From assembly GCA_963664825.1 (NCBI GenBank), contig OY761614.1, positions 1,408,710-1,472,709 on the forward strand: a DNA stretch of 64,000 nt, in the 5' to 3' direction. Numbering within the stretch: the stretch's first letter is position 1; every line of letters begins with the position of its first letter. A model generated the notes under the pieces. That model saw only the letters and a list, made by a program, of their open reading frames with translations, searched no databases and was not told the origin of the DNA. Origin of the DNA: an uncultured Holophaga sp. (lineage in GTDB: Bacteria > Acidobacteriota > Holophagae > Holophagales > Holophagaceae). The position numbers and the translations under genes are program-made. Of this stretch, positions 60,971-64,000 are shown one piece after another.

Positions 60971-62422
60971 TCAGACTCTCACTTCAGCTGCTTCCGCGGC
61001 CCGGTGCCCCTTCAGCGCCGAGGCCACCTCTCGGGCGAGGAAGGCCTTCACCTGCTCCTCCGCGCGCCCGGTGAAGCGCCGGGCGTCCAGCATCGCCTTC
61101 AGCTCGGCCTCATCCATCTTCCAGACGGGATCCACCGCCAAGAGTGCGAGCAGCTCGTTGCCCTTGCCTTCCTGCTTGATGCGCCGCCCGGCCTCCAGGG
61201 AGGCCCTGCGGAAGCTCTCGTGGAGGTCCTGACGATCCCCTCCGCGCTTCACGCCCTCCATCAGCAGCACCTCGGCGGCCATGAAGGGCAGCTCCTGGGC
61301 GAGGCGGGCTTCGATCATCCGCGGGTTCACCATCAGCCCCGAGGCCACGTTCCGGTAGAGCACCAGGATGGCATCCACCGCCAGCAGTCCCTGGGAGATG
61401 GTCAGGCGGCGGTGGGCGCTGTCATCGAGCGTGCGCTCCATCCACTGGGTGGCCGTGGTCTGGTAGGTGGAGGGCATCAGGCCCAGGACGAAGCGGGCCA
61501 GGGAATTGACACGCTCGCTGCGCATGGGATTGCGCTTGTAGGGCATGGCGGAGGAACCGACTTGACTGGCCTCGAAGGGCTCTTCCACTTCTTTCAGGTG
61601 CTGGAGCAGCCGCAGATCACAGGCAAATTTGCTGGCGCTGGCCGCGATGCCACAGAGCACCTGGCCGATGCGGTCCTCCAGTTTGCGCGTGGCCGTTTGC
61701 CCCGACACGGGAATGGCGGGAAAACCCACCTTCTCGCAAAAACACTGCTCAAGGGCATCCACCTTGGAACCGTCCCCCTCGAAGAGTTCCAGGAAGGAGG
61801 CCTGTGTGCCCGTTGTGCCCTTGACGCCCCTCACGGGTGTGGTGGCGATGACATGATCCAGATCCTCCAAATCCAGCAGCAGATCCTGGATCCAGAGACA
61901 GGCGCGCTTGCCCACGGTGGTGGGCTGAGCGGGCTGGAAGTGGGTGAACCCCAGGGTCGGCTGATCCTTCCAGTCCTCCGCGAAACGTCCCAGGGCCGCG
62001 ATCACATCCTGCAGGCGGCGGCGCAGCAGTTGAAGCGCCTCCTGGCAGATGAGCAGGTCGCCGTTATCGGTGACGAAGCAACTGGTGGCCCCCAGATGGA
62101 TGATGGGCCGCGCGGCTGGGGCCTGTTCCCCCCAGGCATGGATGGCGGCCATCACGTCGTGGCGCAATTCGGCCTCGAAACGGGCGATGGCCCCCAGATC
62201 CACATCGTCCTGGGTGGCGCGCATCTCGGCGAGCTGAGCCTCGCTGATGGGCAGGCCCAGCTCCGCTTCGCTCTCGGCCAGGGCAACCCAGAGCCGCCGC
62301 CATAGGCGCATGCGGTACATGGGAGACAAGAGCCGCACCATGGCCTTAGAGGCATAGCGGCTCGATAGGGGATGCTCGAAATGTTCGAGTTCGGGCAGGT
62401 CGGAGGGAGGGAGGAAGGGCAT
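60971..62422 (-). CDS. purB: adenylosuccinate lyase
   Basis: Track ORF 60971..63790 trimmed to the ATG at 62422 (483 aa). LSSRYASKAMVRLLSP..., HLGATSCFVTDN, GVKGTTGTQASF, SSAMPYKRNPMRSE (fumarate-lyase signature). Confidence 0.9.
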   Translation of the reverse strand: MPFLPPSDLPELEHFEHPLSSRYASKAMVRLLSPMYRMRLWRRLWVALAESEAELGLPISEAQLAEMRATQDDVDLGAIARFEAELRHDVMAAIHAWGEQAPAARPIIHLGATSCFVTDNGDLLICQEALQLLRRRLQDVIAALGRFAEDWKDQPTLGFTHFQPAQPTTVGKRACLWIQDLLLDLEDLDHVIATTPVRGVKGTTGTQASFLELFEGDGSKVDALEQCFCEKVGFPAIPVSGQTATRKLEDRIGQVLCGIAASASKFACDLRLLQHLKEVEEPFEASQVGSSAMPYKRNPMRSERVNSLARFVLGLMPSTYQTTATQWMERTLDDSAHRRLTISQGLLAVDAILVLYRNVASGLMVNPRMIEARLAQELPFMAAEVLLMEGVKRGGDRQDLHESFRRASLEAGRRIKQEGKGNELLALLAVDPVWKMDEAELKAMLDARRFTGRAEEQVKAFLAREVASALKGHRAAEAAEVRV

Positions 62423-62542
62423 GGCTGGGCTCCACTCCCAGTTTCGCACAGGCGGAAGTGTGACCGAAGGACGCGGCTTTGAGGATGTTCCACATGGAAC
62501 ATGGGGCTGCCTTCTGAGAAAATGAATCCTCGAGGTGAAACC

Positions 62543-63781
62543 ATGTATGAAGCCCTGAAACAGTGTGACCCCAGCATATTCCAGGCGCTGGACCTGGAAC
62601 TCCAGCGACAGCGACATCATCTGGAGCTGATCGCCTCCGAGAACTATGCTTCCACGGCCGTCCTGCAGGCCATGGGCAGCCACTTCACCAATAAATACGC
62701 CGAGGGTTATCCCGGTCGCCGCTACTACGGCGGCTGCATCAACGTCGACACGGTGGAGAACATCGCCCGGGATCGCGCCAAGCAGCTCTTCGGCGCCGAT
62801 CATGCCAATGTCCAGCCCCACAGCGGCGCCCAGGCCAACATGAGCGTCTACCTCTCCGCGCTGAAGCCCGGCGACACGGTGCTGGGCATGGATCTGGCCC
62901 ACGGCGGCCACCTTACCCATGGCCATCCCCTCAACAGCAGCGGCATCCTCTACAAGTTCATCGGCTACCAGGTCCGCAAGGACACGGAACGCGTGGACAT
63001 GGACCAGGTGCGCTCCCTGGCGCGCGAGCACAAGCCCAAGATGATCGTGGTGGGCGCCTCGGCCTATTCCCGAACCTTCGATTTCCCAGCCTTCCGAGCC
63101 ATCTGTGACGAAGTAGGGGCCCTCATGATGGTCGATATGGCCCACATCGCGGGCCTCGTGGCCACGGGCAATCACCCGAGCCCGGTGCCCTTCGCCGATT
63201 TCGTGACCACGACCACCCACAAGACCCTGCGCGGCCCTCGGGGCGGACTGATCCTCTGCAAGGAACAGTATGCGAAAAGCCTGGATCGCGCTGTCTTCCC
63301 CGGCATCCAGGGTGGCCCCTTGATGCATGTCATCGCCGCCAAGGCCGTGGCCTTCGGCGAAGCCCTCAGGCCCGAATTTAAGACCTACCAGCAGCAGGTG
63401 GTCAAGAACGCCAAGGTGCTGGCCGATTCCCTGGCCGCCAAGGGCTGGCGCATCGTCAGCGGCGGCACAGACAACCACCTGATGCTGCTGGATGTCTTCC
63501 AGCAGGGCATCCTCGGCAGCGAAGCCGAGAAGGCTCTCGATATCGCCGGGATCACCGCCAACAAGAACGGCATCCCCTTCGACCCCAACCCGCCCCTCAA
63601 GCCCAGCGGCATCCGCCTCGGCAGCCCCGCCGTCACCACCCGCGGCATGAAGGAAGCCGAGATGGTCCTGATCGCCAACTGGATCGATCAGACCCTCCGG
63701 AACCGCGCCGACGAGGCCGCCCTCAAGGGCATCTACAACGATGTGGTCGCCCTCACCGCCAAGTACCCCATTCCCGAGTAG
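62543..63781 (+). CDS. glyA: serine hydroxymethyltransferase
   Basis: Track ORF trimmed to the ATG at 62543 (GAGGTGA RBS). [51 protein letters not shown]. Confidence 0.95.
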   Translation: MYEALKQCDPSIFQALDLELQRQRHHLELIASENYASTAVLQAMGSHFTNKYAEGYPGRRYYGGCINVDTVENIARDRAKQLFGADHANVQPHSGAQANMSVYLSALKPGDTVLGMDLAHGGHLTHGHPLNSSGILYKFIGYQVRKDTERVDMDQVRSLAREHKPKMIVVGASAYSRTFDFPAFRAICDEVGALMMVDMAHIAGLVATGNHPSPVPFADFVTTTTHKTLRGPRGGLILCKEQYAKSLDRAVFPGIQGGPLMHVIAAKAVAFGEALRPEFKTYQQQVVKNAKVLADSLAAKGWRIVSGGTDNHLMLLDVFQQGILGSEAEKALDIAGITANKNGIPFDPNPPLKPSGIRLGSPAVTTRGMKEAEMVLIANWIDQTLRNRADEAALKGIYNDVVALTAKYPIPE

Positions 63782-63799
63782 GCAGCTCACTTCTCATTT

Positions 63800-63828
63800 A
63801 GAGGGCCCGGACAACATCCGGGCCCTCT
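63800..63828 (+). terminator. stem-loop terminator candidate after glyA
   Basis: agagggcccgg (63800-63810), loop acaacat, ccgggccctct (63818-63828). Perfect 11-bp GC-rich stem 19 nt after the stop. The downstream tract is only weakly T-rich. Confidence 0.55.
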
Positions 63829-64000
63829 GCGTTCAAGAGGAACGGCCCCAACCCTCGAAAACCAAGTGTAGGTTCCCGGAAATACGTGGACCATTCTGTG
63901 CGGCGCGAGCACGGGCCGAGGCCCTAGGGAAGGCATTGGAGGAGGGGAACGGAGACTTCCTGCAGCGGGTGAATCACCGGAACGGCTACAGGGAGCCGGA

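Noticed and set aside
59840-62305. 821-aa plus-strand ORF
   Set aside because: Antisense to the ferredoxin, Asd-like and purB genes. The sequence is Gly/His/Gln/Arg-rich with no motifs. GC-rich antisense artefact.
60971-63790. 939-aa minus-strand ORF in the track
   Set aside because: Only the C-terminal 483 aa (from the ATG at 62422) match adenylosuccinate lyase. The upstream 456 codons are antisense to glyA and read as low-complexity Gly/Ala/Asp/His, typical of open antisense frames in GC-rich DNA.
1-64000. CRISPR arrays, rRNA/tRNA genes, integrases or phage genes
   Set aside because: No regularly spaced direct repeats, no rRNA-like conserved stretches and no recombinase-like ORFs were seen. 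The only mobile-element hint is the weak motif at the right edge.

Overview
High-GC bacterial chromosomal window with about 55 protein genes, tightly packed, with many ATGA or TGATG start/stop overlaps. LolA-like, MsbA-like and beta-barrel genes indicate a diderm. I recognised no rRNA, tRNA or CRISPR array by eye. All calls come from reading the supplied ORF translations and the DNA; no searches were run. Start codons were re-derived by hand where the six-frame ORF was clearly over-extended. The left 15 kb is a flagellar filament and glycosylation island. On the plus strand it has fliS and a small ORF. Converging on these, one minus-strand block carries fliC (a minimal 216-aa flagellin), flaG, fliD and five tandem TPR + GT-B glycosyltransferase paralogues. 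Diverging from fliC are a GT2-zinc ribbon-methyltransferase fusion, whose 3' third is strongly AT-rich, and an FkbM methyltransferase. This island, especially the five-paralogue array beside a Ser/Thr/Ala-rich minimal flagellin, is my best candidate for an undescribed system. The rest is mostly housekeeping: trpC, upp, rnc, queA, thyX, transaldolase, acyl-CoA carboxyltransferase, lipA, purB and glyA. Interspersed signalling and envelope modules include a DUF4388-TPR protein with a Hanks kinase, a four-gene ECF sigma cassette, and a zinc-ribbon-FHA / TPR / RDD-like operon. There are also tandem KimA-like K+ transporters and tandem CPBP proteases. A very large C10 (SpeB-like) cysteine protease ORF reads in frame, with no stop, into a complete lipoprotein gene. 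A five-gene xanthine-dehydrogenase-family operon includes an Asd-like protein that lacks the catalytic Cys. Many long ORFs in the track are antisense GC-rich artefacts and were rejected.
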